In this document: positions 9,229-17,875 of the stretch, one piece after another | How positions within the stretch are numbered: position 1 is the stretch's first letter | Layout: each line of letters begins with the position of its first letter | DNA from: an uncultured Anaerolineales bacterium | Lineage (GTDB): Bacteria; Chloroflexota; Anaerolineae; CG2-30-64-16 | NCBI GenBank assembly: GCA_964513075.1 | Contig: CAZELR010000006.1 | Location: forward strand, 5,031 to 69,030 | Direction: 5' to 3' | DNA: 64,000 bases | Made by a program: the position numbers and the translations under genes | Notes under the pieces: generated by a model | What the model was told of the DNA's origin: nothing | Databases searched by the model: none | What the model saw: only the letters and a program-made list of their open reading frames with translations

Positions 9229-9312
9229 GCTGCCGCTGCTGCTGCCGCTGCTGCTGCCGCTGCTGCTGCCGCTGCTGCTGCCGCTGCAGTTGCAGTTGCC
9301 GCTGCAGCCGCA
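9229..9312. repeat. CNG-type tandem repeat (GCTGCCGCTGCT)n
   Basis: Four perfect 12-mers (9229-9276), one 11/12 copy (9277-9288), then degenerate hexamers to 9312. Intergenic between uvsE and the 9336 ORF. Confidence 0.95.
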
Positions 9313-9319
9313 TTATAAT
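9312..9319. promoter_or_regulatory. Palindromic ATTATAAT: candidate bidirectional -10 element
   Basis: TATAAT reads on + (9314-9319) and on - (9317-9312), between two divergent genes. A weak -35 TTGCAG lies at 9290-9295 on +. Confidence 0.55.
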
Positions 9320-9335
9320 AACAGGTGGAGATTTC

Positions 9336-10391
9336 ATGTCGATTATCCTGCAAGGTGCGTTGATGCCGCTGCGCCATGTGTGGCGGCGCCATACATGGCG
9401 GCGCATAAACGTACTCTGGTTGTTTTTAGTGCTCGTGGCTGCGCCGGCAGACGCTGAAACGCTCTCCCCAGGGTATTGGGAGCAGACGCCATTGCCGCAA
9501 ACCGGCCTGGCGACGTTTTATGCGCCGGGGCTGATGGAGCACGTGCAAAGTTACCGCGCAGCTCAAGCCGAGATTGCCGCGTGTCCGGAGTGCGTGGGCT
9601 CCGTGGCCCTCTTGCGCGCGGGCGACATCGGCCGCAAGGTTTGGTTGCAACCCCCTATGGGCGGGCCGGTCGGCCCCTTCCTGGTGGTAGATTGCGCGCG
9701 GCAGCAGGACGTGTCGCCATTGCTGGCCCGGAACTGGGCAGTGGACGTCAGCTACGAACTGGGTCAGATTTGGGGAATGGCACGTCCCCTGGACGGTGTC
9801 ACGGTGCTGGAGGATCCGGCGGATGCCCTGCCAGGCAACCCGTTCGGCGTGCCTACGCCGTTCGCCGTGCTTCCCGAGCAGGTCGTGATCAGCACGCCAA
9901 CCTCAACACCACCCGGCAGGCCGTCTGCGCCGACGCCGTGGCCAACGCGTCTGCCGGAATTGCTGCCCGGCGGCGCCTGGCCGTTGCCAGCCGCCTCAAC
10001 GCCGATCCCCCCGCCACCTCCGGGTCCCACACCGCTGACCCCGGTCGTGACAACTCCTACACCTGTGGCAACCCTTCAGAGCGCCGGCCGTGCCCTTTTG
10101 CCCACGGACACACCTGAGCCGCTGCCCGCTCAATCGGCCATCCCGGCTGAGGATAACGTATCTCTCGGGCACGCTGGTGTGGCCCTGTTGGACCCGATTG
10201 CCACGCCTGTAAGCCAGCTCCCTTCCTGGCCCACAGCCTCAGTAACGCCACGGTCACCGACCCGCACCCCTCGGCCCGATCTGACACCGCTTCTGCCTGG
10301 CGCCGATGCGGTGACCGAGACAATACCCAGCGCAAGCCCCGGCTTTTTCGCGCGCCTGTGGCAAGTTATTGTTGAGGCTTTCACCCGCTAG
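9336..10391 (+). CDS. Secreted protein with RlpA-like double-psi beta-barrel domain and Pro/Thr-rich tail
   Basis: Signal-like RRINVLWLFLVLVAAPADA, then GLATFYAPG...GRKVWL...GPFLVVDC...VDVS, then a long P/T-rich region. Start could also be 9363. Confidence 0.55.
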   Translation: MSIILQGALMPLRHVWRRHTWRRINVLWLFLVLVAAPADAETLSPGYWEQTPLPQTGLATFYAPGLMEHVQSYRAAQAEIAACPECVGSVALLRAGDIGRKVWLQPPMGGPVGPFLVVDCARQQDVSPLLARNWAVDVSYELGQIWGMARPLDGVTVLEDPADALPGNPFGVPTPFAVLPEQVVISTPTSTPPGRPSAPTPWPTRLPELLPGGAWPLPAASTPIPPPPPGPTPLTPVVTTPTPVATLQSAGRALLPTDTPEPLPAQSAIPAEDNVSLGHAGVALLDPIATPVSQLPSWPTASVTPRSPTRTPRPDLTPLLPGADAVTETIPSASPGFFARLWQVIVEAFTR

Positions 10392-10408
10392 GGGGCCCGC
10401 GCTACAGC

Positions 10409-10783
10409 CTAACCATCCTGTTTCTTGGCCCGCTCTGCCGCTACCACGTCGGGCGGGTAGCCGGAGAGGTCCTTATTGTCGCCCGGCGGCGCGTGGTAGA
10501 GCAGCCGCTCTAATGGCTGGTCGGCGACCAGCTCGGCAGCCACTAACTCCTCTGCGTCCTCGGGCTGCACACCCGCGTACCAACGGTTTACAGGGTAGAC
10601 GACCAGCATGGGCCCGTGACCGCATTGGTTGAGACAGCCGGCCTTATTGATCCGCACCTGGTCCTTCAACCCAGCGGCATAGGTTGCCTGCTTGAGGCGT
10701 TTTGCGATAGCCGCGGTGTCGCCATCGCGGCTGCACCAGGGACCATAGGTGCAGATGAAAACGTGCTTCGCATATTGCCCCAT
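10409..10783 (-). CDS. Thioredoxin-like [2Fe-2S] ferredoxin
   Basis: HVFICTYGPWC ... GCLNQCGHGPMLVVYP..RWY with four Cys ligands. Confidence 0.88.
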   Translation of the reverse strand: MGQYAKHVFICTYGPWCSRDGDTAAIAKRLKQATYAAGLKDQVRINKAGCLNQCGHGPMLVVYPVNRWYAGVQPEDAEELVAAELVADQPLERLLYHAPPGDNKDLSGYPPDVVAAERAKKQDG

Positions 10784-10864
10784 AGAGAATTCTCGCTCCT
10801 CTTGTTGTCCATAAGTCATTATAAACCAGCGTGGCGGGTGGCACAAGTCGTCTGGGCACTTTCT

Positions 10865-10893
10865 TTGACAGTACCACTGTTTTCGCGTAAAAT
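10865..10893 (+). promoter_or_regulatory. sigma70-type promoter upstream of the EF-G paralogue
   Basis: TTGACA (10865-10870), 17 bp, TAAAAT (10888-10893). Confidence 0.8.
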
Positions 10894-10994
10894 AGTATGG
10901 TTTGCTCTGTGAAGCCTATGTCGATCGGTCGCAAGCCGAGCCGTCTTTGAATTATATAAGCGCAATACACGTAGTGCACCCTTGAGGAGGGGTA

Positions 10995-13076
10995 ATGGCG
11001 AACTTTCGCACTGAACAGCTACGCAATGTAGCACTGGTTGGGCACAGCAGCTCTGGCAAGACGACCTTAGCCGAGACGATGCTATTCAACACTGGGGTCT
11101 TGAATCGCCGTGGACGCGTCGAGGACGGCACTACGGTGGCAGACTGGGATGAGGAGGCGATCCGGCGCCAGATCTCCGTCGCAGCCTCGGTGGTTCCTTG
11201 TGAGTTCAAGGGACACAAGATCAATCTCCTGGATGCGCCAGGGTTCATCGATTTCGTCGGCGAGATCAAGGGCGCCATTTCGGTAGCAGACTCCGGGCTC
11301 ATCTTGGTCGACCCCGTTGCCGGGGTTGAGGTCGGCACCGAGTTGGCGTGGGGCTATCTGGATGAACAAGAGCTGCCGCGCGGAATTATGATCAACAAGA
11401 TGGATCGCGAGAATGCCCAGTTCGGCCGCGTTTTAGACAGCCTGCGGGACTTCTTCAGTGGGAACATCGTGGCCGTGCAACTTCCCATCGGCGAGGGCTC
11501 TGACTTCAAGGGGGTGGTAGACCTTGTTGGCATGAAGGCTTACCTCGGCGAAGGCACGGCGCCCTCTGATATCCCCGCCGGCCTGGCTGAGGCTGTCGAG
11601 AAGGCACGCACGCAGCTCATTGAGGCTGCAGCCGAGGGGGACGACGAGCTCATCATGAAGTACCTGGACGGCGAGGAGCTCACGCCTGAGGAGATCAACC
11701 GCGGCCTGCGCGCCGGCATTGCTAACCGCACTGTTGTGCCGGTGTTCTGCGGCGCCGCGGTGGCCAACATCGGCATCCGTGCCTTGGCGGACGCGTTGAT
11801 CGCTTTCATGCCAAGCGCGGCTCAACGGGCGCCCGTGATCGCGCGGCGGTCTAATGGTGACGAGGTGTCCTTGTCCGCGGATGCGACCGGCCCTCTGGCC
11901 GTGTTCGTCTGGAAGACGGTAGCAGACCCATATGTCGGCAAGATCTCTTACTTCCGCGTCATGTCCGGCACGTTCCGCGGCGATTCACGGGTCTACAGCC
12001 TGCCGAGTGCCAATGAAGAGCGCATCAGCCAAATCTTCGTTCCGCGCGGCAAGGAGCAGTTGCCGGTGACCGACCTGGAGGCTGGCGACATCGGTGGTGT
12101 GGCAAAATTGAGTAGCACAGGGACCAACAGCACCTTGTGCGACAAGGCGCATTCGTTGGAATTGCCGCTGCCAGTCTACCCAGATCCGTTGTACTCGGTG
12201 GCTGTCAGCCCTAAGACCAAGGCTGACTCCGCCAAGATGGGGCCGGCGCTGGCTCGCACCGTCGAGGAGGACCCGACGTTGCAATGGCGGCTCGAGCCGG
12301 GCACCAGTGAAACGATCCTATCGGGCATGGGTGAAGTACACCTGGATCTTGCCATTAGGCGCATGGAGGCGAAATTCGGAGTCGGTTTGTCGACTGCGGT
12401 GCCAAAGGTGCCGTACCGAGAATCGATCACCAAGAGCGCATCCGACTTTCATCGGCACAAGAAACAGACGGGTGGCGCCGGCCAGTTCGGCGAGGTGCAT
12501 ATGGAGATCAAGCCGTTGCCCACTGGCAGTGGCTTCGAGTTTGACACCACGCGCGTCTTTGGCGGCTCCATCACGAATAACTTCTTCCCGTCGATCGAGA
12601 AGGGCATCAAGTCGCGCCTGGATGCCGGCCCCATCGCTGGTTATCCGGTAGTGGACGTGCGCTGCGAGGTCTATGACGGGAAGATGCATCCTGTAGACTC
12701 CAAGGATATTGCCTTCCAGATAGCGGGCCGCGAGGTGTTCAAGAAGACCTTCCTGGCCGCCGGCCCGGTGCTGTTGGAGCCGATCATGGATGTGCGGATC
12801 ACGGTGCCCGAAGAGTACATGGGCGATATCATGAGCGATCTGAACACCCGGCGCGGCCGCGTACAGGGCATGGAGCAGGTCAAGGGCAAAGGCATCATCA
12901 CGGCGCAGGCGCCGCTGGCGGAGATGCAGCGCTACGCCATCGACCTCCGCTCCATCACCCAGGGCCGCGGCTTCTACACCATGAAGGTGTCGCGTTACGA
13001 TCCGGTGCCTTCCCACATCGCCGAGGGCATCATCGCGCAGGCTAAGAAAGAGCGGGTTGAAGCAGAGGAAGAGTAG
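10995..13076 (+). CDS. fusA: Elongation factor G paralogue (EF-G2 type)
   Basis: Full five-domain EF-G layout (DAPG, NKMD, GMGEVHL, HKKQTGGAGQFG, GPVLLEPIM). G1 GHSSSGKT and switch I RRQISV deviate from canonical AHIDAGKT/RGITI. Confidence 0.9.
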   Translation: MANFRTEQLRNVALVGHSSSGKTTLAETMLFNTGVLNRRGRVEDGTTVADWDEEAIRRQISVAASVVPCEFKGHKINLLDAPGFIDFVGEIKGAISVADSGLILVDPVAGVEVGTELAWGYLDEQELPRGIMINKMDRENAQFGRVLDSLRDFFSGNIVAVQLPIGEGSDFKGVVDLVGMKAYLGEGTAPSDIPAGLAEAVEKARTQLIEAAAEGDDELIMKYLDGEELTPEEINRGLRAGIANRTVVPVFCGAAVANIGIRALADALIAFMPSAAQRAPVIARRSNGDEVSLSADATGPLAVFVWKTVADPYVGKISYFRVMSGTFRGDSRVYSLPSANEERISQIFVPRGKEQLPVTDLEAGDIGGVAKLSSTGTNSTLCDKAHSLELPLPVYPDPLYSVAVSPKTKADSAKMGPALARTVEEDPTLQWRLEPGTSETILSGMGEVHLDLAIRRMEAKFGVGLSTAVPKVPYRESITKSASDFHRHKKQTGGAGQFGEVHMEIKPLPTGSGFEFDTTRVFGGSITNNFFPSIEKGIKSRLDAGPIAGYPVVDVRCEVYDGKMHPVDSKDIAFQIAGREVFKKTFLAAGPVLLEPIMDVRITVPEEYMGDIMSDLNTRRGRVQGMEQVKGKGIITAQAPLAEMQRYAIDLRSITQGRGFYTMKVSRYDPVPSHIAEGIIAQAKKERVEAEEE

Positions 13077-13111
13077 TTCTGCCGCCTGCACCAACCGGTT
13101 GATGACCGTCT

Positions 13112-13144
13112 CGCCCGCCGCGGAGTCTGATCTCGCGGCGGGCG
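13112..13144 (+). terminator. GC-rich hairpin after fusA (possible terminator or processing stem)
   Basis: CGCCCGCCGCG / CGCGGCGGGCG form an 11-bp perfect stem; the U-tract is weak. Confidence 0.45.
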
Positions 13145-13175
13145 TGTGCTATACGACGCCCAAGAGGGAGGCTCC

Positions 13176-14396
13176 ATGATTCCACACGACTTTCCGGGCA
13201 AAGGCAAGGTCGCCGTATTGCGGACCAGCCCTGAGACAGTTATTGCAGATATTGCGCGCTTGATGGATCTGGCCGGATACCGCGCCGCAGTGCCGCAAGA
13301 TCGTGAAACAATCCTGAAAATCAATATCTCCTGGCAGACGTGGTATCCCGCTTGCTCCAGCACACCTTGGCAGATCGAAGGTGTGATTCGGAAGCTTCAG
13401 GCCGACGGCTATCGCGATCTTTCGGCGGCGCATAATCGCACCGTCGTGGTCGACGCCTATGTGGGCGAAGCTAACAATAAACATAAGGTTGTGGTGGATC
13501 AGCTGGGCGTGCGCAATGTCCACCTGTACGAGCCCGAGGTGCGTTGGGTGCGCTACACCCCTCAGGCGCCGATGCTGGTGCTGGACAAGATTTTTCCTGA
13601 CGGCATCCTGCTGCCGGAGTATTTCTTCGATAAGAATATCATCCAGTTGCCGACCGTCAAGACCCACGTCTTCACGACGATCACCGGCGCGATGAAGAAC
13701 GCGTTCGGCGGTTTACTCAATGAAAAGCGCCACTGGACGCACGGCGTCATCCACGAAACAGTCGTCGACCTCTTAGCCATTCAGCAAGAGATCCACTCCG
13801 GCCTGTTTGCCGTGATGGACGGCACTTTTGCCGGGGACGGTCCCGGCCCGCGCGCGATGCGCTGGCATGAGAAGGACATCCTCTTGGCTTCGGCCGACCA
13901 GGTGGCTATCGATGCGCTCTCAGCCAAGCTGCAAGGCTTCAACCCGCTAGACCTGAAGTTCATCCGGTTGGCGCATGAGTTGGGTTTGGGTGTGGGTGAT
14001 CCCCGTGAGATCGAGATCGTCGGCGATGATATCTCGGCCGAGAGCTGGAGTTTCGTGCAGGAGGACACGTTCGCCAGTCGCGGACAGAAGCTGATTTATC
14101 ACGGGGCCTTGAAACCGTTTGAGAATATGCTTCTGCGTTCGCCCCTGGTGCCGTGGAGCTATTTCGCATCCAATCTCTATCACAATGTCTACTGGTATCC
14201 TTGTGTGGGCCGCAAACGGGTGGAAGCTGCTCTGGCAACTAAGTGGGGCCGGCTGTTTCAGCGTTACGGTGACGGCCAGGTCGTGATGCCTGGTGTAGAG
14301 CCGCGGACGATGGCTATCGCGGCCAGCGCCGCAGCTCTGGCCGGCATCCTTGTCATTGGATTGTTATTAAGGGGGCGCCGTGGCACGCAGAGTTGA
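13176..14396 (+). CDS. DUF362 domain protein with C-terminal membrane anchor
   Basis: Motifs ILKINISW, LPTVKTH.FT..TGAMKNAFG, AVMDGT..GDGPGP, ILLASADQVAIDA; hydrophobic tail followed by RGRR. ATG 13176 follows GAGGGAGG. Confidence 0.75.
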   Translation: MIPHDFPGKGKVAVLRTSPETVIADIARLMDLAGYRAAVPQDRETILKINISWQTWYPACSSTPWQIEGVIRKLQADGYRDLSAAHNRTVVVDAYVGEANNKHKVVVDQLGVRNVHLYEPEVRWVRYTPQAPMLVLDKIFPDGILLPEYFFDKNIIQLPTVKTHVFTTITGAMKNAFGGLLNEKRHWTHGVIHETVVDLLAIQQEIHSGLFAVMDGTFAGDGPGPRAMRWHEKDILLASADQVAIDALSAKLQGFNPLDLKFIRLAHELGLGVGDPREIEIVGDDISAESWSFVQEDTFASRGQKLIYHGALKPFENMLLRSPLVPWSYFASNLYHNVYWYPCVGRKRVEAALATKWGRLFQRYGDGQVVMPGVEPRTMAIAASAAALAGILVIGLLLRGRRGTQS

Positions 14397-15060
14397 TCCG
14401 GTTCGCGGAAACTGGCGCGTCGATCTCCATACCCACACGTGGGCCTCGCCGGACAGCCTGACCGATCCGCGCATCTTGGTGGAGCGGGCGCGCGATCTTG
14501 GCTTGAACCGGGTGGCGGTGACCGATCACAACACCATCGAGGGTGCTTTGGCTGCCTACGCACTCGCGCCCGATTTGATCATCGTCGGGCAGGAGATCGA
14601 CACTGCCACCGGCGGCGAGCTGATCGCCTATTTTTTGCAAGAGTGCGTGCCGCCGGGTCTGCCTGTCGAAGAGGCACTGCAGCACCTCCGGCGCCAGGGC
14701 GCAGTCATCAGTGTGTCGCATCCGCTGGATGCCTGGCGCGGCTCGGCAATGGGCGAAGCGAAGACCCTGGCGATCATAGACCAGGTGGATGCGCTCGAAA
14801 CTTTCAATGCCCGCTGTTTGCGCGCTGAGTTCAACCGCCGCGCAGCTGAGATGGCAGCCCGGCATGGCAAGTTGGTAACGGCCGGCAGCGACGCGCACAC
14901 CCCGGCCGAGCTAGGGGCGGGTTACCTGACCCTGCCGGTATTCCGGAGCACGCCGGAGGCATTTCGGGCCAGCCTGGCAAAAGCGGTCCCCGGTGGCCAT
15001 TTGACCGGCATCTGGCCCCATGTCGCCAGCACGTCGGCAAAGGTCCGCAAACGGTTGTAG
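14380..15060 (+). CDS. PHP domain protein
   Basis: Motifs DLHTHT..S.D, VTDHN, GQE, SHP, TAGSDAH. Confidence 0.88.
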   Translation: MARRVDPVRGNWRVDLHTHTWASPDSLTDPRILVERARDLGLNRVAVTDHNTIEGALAAYALAPDLIIVGQEIDTATGGELIAYFLQECVPPGLPVEEALQHLRRQGAVISVSHPLDAWRGSAMGEAKTLAIIDQVDALETFNARCLRAEFNRRAAEMAARHGKLVTAGSDAHTPAELGAGYLTLPVFRSTPEAFRASLAKAVPGGHLTGIWPHVASTSAKVRKRL

Positions 15061-15068
15061 AGGCTCGG

Positions 15069-16109
15069 ATGGACGCGCTGACTGTTCTTCTTGGGTTCCC
15101 GCTCTCGGTGCTTGCGGCTGGCGTGCCCACCGCCGCCTGGAGCGCGCTTGTCTGGTGGTGCGACCGTTATGAACGCGAGCCCTTGGCTCTGGGCATTGGG
15201 GCGTTCCTCTGGGGCGCACTGCCGGCAGTAGTGATTGCTCTCCTGCTTGAAAGCGCGTTCGGCGTCCCTTCGGTGTTCTCCGGGTCGGCGTTGGCCCAAG
15301 ACGTTTTCGTGTCCAGCGGGATCGCGCCGGTGGTCGAGGAAGTGGCCAAAGGGATCGGATTACTGCTGATCCTCCTGTTGGGGCGAGCCGAGTTCGATGA
15401 TCTTCTGGATGGCATCCTCTACGGTGCGCTTGTCGGCTTCGGTTTTGGCGCAACCGAGAATGTGCTGTATTTCATGTCCGCGCTGCTGGACGCCGGCTGG
15501 GCGAGTTGGGGGGGTACGGTTTTTTTGCGAGCAGTCGTCTTTGGGTTGAACCACGCCTTCTTCACTGCGTTCACTGGTGCAGGCATCGGCATTGCGCGTG
15601 CGGCAGGCGTTGGCTGGGTGCGCCGCAGTGCGCCGTGGATCGGGCTCGGTTTCGCAATACTTTTTCACAGCCTGCATAACTTGGGCGCCGCGCTGACAGC
15701 GGTTTCGGCTGGCGGCCTTCTGTTGAGCCTCTTTGCGGGAGCCGCCGGGGTCCTGCTGGTTATCGTGATGATCGGGTTGGCCGCGCGCCAAGAGGCTGGT
15801 TGGGTGAAGGCCGAGTTGGGCGAAGAGGTCGGGACGGTGCTGAATGACGCGGAGTATCAGGCGCTGCTGTCAATGCGTGGCCGTTTGAACATGGTGGTCA
15901 CCGCACAGCGCGCAGGCGGCAGAACGGCAGCGCGTGCGGTGCGGCGTTTTCAGGAATTGGCCACAGAGCTGGCCTTTCGCAAATACCGCCTGCGGGTACA
16001 TTCGAATGATGCCGGTTTGGCGGTTCAGGTCACAGCACTCAGACAGCGTTTAGCCCAGGCACGGGCAGCAGTGGAAGGCGTCAGCCCGAGTGGGCCACAA
16101 GCGGCATGA
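15069..16109 (+). CDS. prsW: PrsW-family intramembrane metalloprotease
   Basis: Multiple TM helices with EEVAKG, FGATEN, HAFFT, HSLHN. Confidence 0.88.
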   Translation: MDALTVLLGFPLSVLAAGVPTAAWSALVWWCDRYEREPLALGIGAFLWGALPAVVIALLLESAFGVPSVFSGSALAQDVFVSSGIAPVVEEVAKGIGLLLILLLGRAEFDDLLDGILYGALVGFGFGATENVLYFMSALLDAGWASWGGTVFLRAVVFGLNHAFFTAFTGAGIGIARAAGVGWVRRSAPWIGLGFAILFHSLHNLGAALTAVSAGGLLLSLFAGAAGVLLVIVMIGLAARQEAGWVKAELGEEVGTVLNDAEYQALLSMRGRLNMVVTAQRAGGRTAARAVRRFQELATELAFRKYRLRVHSNDAGLAVQVTALRQRLAQARAAVEGVSPSGPQAA

Positions 16110-17172
16110 AGGTCGTGTTGCGGAGCAACGGCTTCCGGTGGATATGAAACAGGCGACGCCGATCCGATTCCTCGTGGGCGCTCCAGATAACGTGCAATTC
16201 GCCTGACGCTGCTGAGGCGCAGACTGCCAGGCTGCTGACCCCTATACAGGTGGCGCAAGCCACCTCTTCGGCCCACCATCCGGCATCCTCTGTTTGCGGC
16301 CGCGCGCGGTGCATCAGCGTTGTCCCCTGAAGCCATAGTGCCTGAGGAAATCCCTTTGGGCCCGCAGTGATGCAGGGGAGACGTCCGTCCCCAGCATGCG
16401 GGCCGGAGAGGTCTACTGGCGATGACCAACCGTCGGGCAGACGCTCTGCGTGGCGGATTGCGTACGTGCCTCCGCGTTCCGTCTGCCAAACCAGATGGCA
16501 GACACCTTGCGGGGTGACTGCAAGTGCCGGGCTAACAGAATGGTGCGGCGAGCCGTCCGAAACGATTTGAGGCACGCCCCACGCGCCATCGCGGTAAATT
16601 GCAGCCAGGATCTCGAAGGACTCCGCTTCGACGAGGCGGTCCTGCCAGGCGATATAGACCTCGCCGCTAGGGCCGGCCGCAATCGTGGGGCGGCTGCCTT
16701 GCGCGTTGGGAATCGGTGCGTTGGCCCAGGCAACCCCTTGCTGCCGTGCGAAGTAGATGGTCGTCGGGCCGGGTGTGGTGTCCGCCCAGGTCACATACAC
16801 CTGGCCATCCGGTGTAACACTGAGCGCGGGCTGTGAAGAGACACCAGTGGTGTGAGAGACCAACTGTGGCAGCGACCATTCGCCGGCGGCGCCTCGGTGT
16901 GTATAGTAGATTTCGCAGTTTCCAAGGAACCAATGCGAGAAAGCGCAGTGGAGGCTGCCATCAGGGCCGGCGGCAAGCGCCGGCTGCTCGCCACTGGCAA
17001 AGCTGGAGGGCGCCTGCCACTGGCCATTGAGCAGGCACGCATGATAGAGTATCTTACCACTCACCCAAACTGCATGCACCGCATCTGGGGTGGAAGTCAA
17101 GACAGGTTCCTGGCTGTCGGGCGGTGTCCCAGGAATGGGGCGGCTGTCAGACCACGGGCTATTGGCGACCAT
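16081..17172 (-). CDS. Beta-propeller-like (BNR/sialidase-like repeat) protein with C-terminal FMPLV motif
   Basis: Repeated units of the type P.LA.GPDG..H..W.......I.Y......W..P..VS. Ends RNTTFMPLVAHSG. No N-terminal signal peptide visible. Confidence 0.55.
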   Translation of the reverse strand: MVANSPWSDSRPIPGTPPDSQEPVLTSTPDAVHAVWVSGKILYHACLLNGQWQAPSSFASGEQPALAAGPDGSLHCAFSHWFLGNCEIYYTHRGAAGEWSLPQLVSHTTGVSSQPALSVTPDGQVYVTWADTTPGPTTIYFARQQGVAWANAPIPNAQGSRPTIAAGPSGEVYIAWQDRLVEAESFEILAAIYRDGAWGVPQIVSDGSPHHSVSPALAVTPQGVCHLVWQTERGGTYAIRHAERLPDGWSSPVDLSGPHAGDGRLPCITAGPKGFPQALWLQGTTLMHRARPQTEDAGWWAEEVACATCIGVSSLAVCASAASGELHVIWSAHEESDRRRLFHIHRKPLLRNTTFMPLVAHSG

Positions 17173-17236
17173 GAGGCCTCGCGTTGTCGGTTAGAGTACC
17201 ATGCTAGTATATCATTTATTAGGCGCCTGGCAAACT

Positions 17237-17875
17237 TCAAGGAAATACTACTTCTTCTTTACCGCTCAGCTTCTCTTCGATTTTACGAATAATGAGTTCC
17301 AGGTGGGCGCCATTGTGGACAAAATCCAGTTCATCTGCCGGCACGGTCAGGACGGGGCACAGGGTAAAGTCAAGCATCCAGGTTGTATAAAGGGCATTGA
17401 GTTGCTGCAGGTAAGCGGGGTCAATGCTTTGCTCATAGGTCCGGCCGCGCGTGGCGATGCGCCCTAATAAAGTCGGCACCGATGCGCGTAGATAGACCAC
17501 CAGGTCGGGGGGCGGAAGAAACTGGATCAAGACTTCGTAGAGCTCGCGGTATGTCGTGTAGTCTCGCGGCTCAATGTGGCCCTGGGTGTATAGGTTTCGC
17601 GCGAAGATTTCGGCATCCTCATAGACGGAGCGGTCTTGCACGACTGAGCCGGGGAAATCCAGCAGCCGGCGGTGGTGCCGGAGCCGACGCGACAAGAAGA
17701 ATATCTGCGAGTGAAATGCGAAGCGAGTCATATCCTGGTAAAAGTCAGCCAAATAGGGATTGTCTTCGACGGCCTCATAAAAGGGTTCCCAGCCCATAGT
17801 TTGGCTCAGCAGACCGGTCAGTGTGGATTTGCCGACACCGATGTTGCCGGCGATGGCGACAAAGCGTTTCGTCAT
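17237..17875 (-). CDS. Deoxynucleoside kinase (Dck/Dgk family)
   Basis: Motifs IAGNIGVGKS, E.VEDNPYL..FY, QIFFL, DRSVYED, RIATRGR.YE. Confidence 0.92.
   Translation of the reverse strand: MTKRFVAIAGNIGVGKSTLTGLLSQTMGWEPFYEAVEDNPYLADFYQDMTRFAFHSQIFFLSRRLRHHRRLLDFPGSVVQDRSVYEDAEIFARNLYTQGHIEPRDYTTYRELYEVLIQFLPPPDLVVYLRASVPTLLGRIATRGRTYEQSIDPAYLQQLNALYTTWMLDFTLCPVLTVPADELDFVHNGAHLELIIRKIEEKLSGKEEVVFP

Noticed and set aside
9229-9312. CRISPR-like array
   Set aside because: Contiguous tandem units with no unique spacers and no cas genes. No CRISPR array was seen anywhere in the window.
9162-9457. Poly-Ala, poly-QR and poly-LP ORFs in the track
   Set aside because: They are translations of the CNG repeat, overlap the uvsE start, and have no RBS.
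16081-17230. Propeller gene as a 5'-truncated pseudogene
   Set aside because: It has its own extended -10 and a GAGG before the ATG, and no upstream in-frame remnant was seen. This is not fully excluded.
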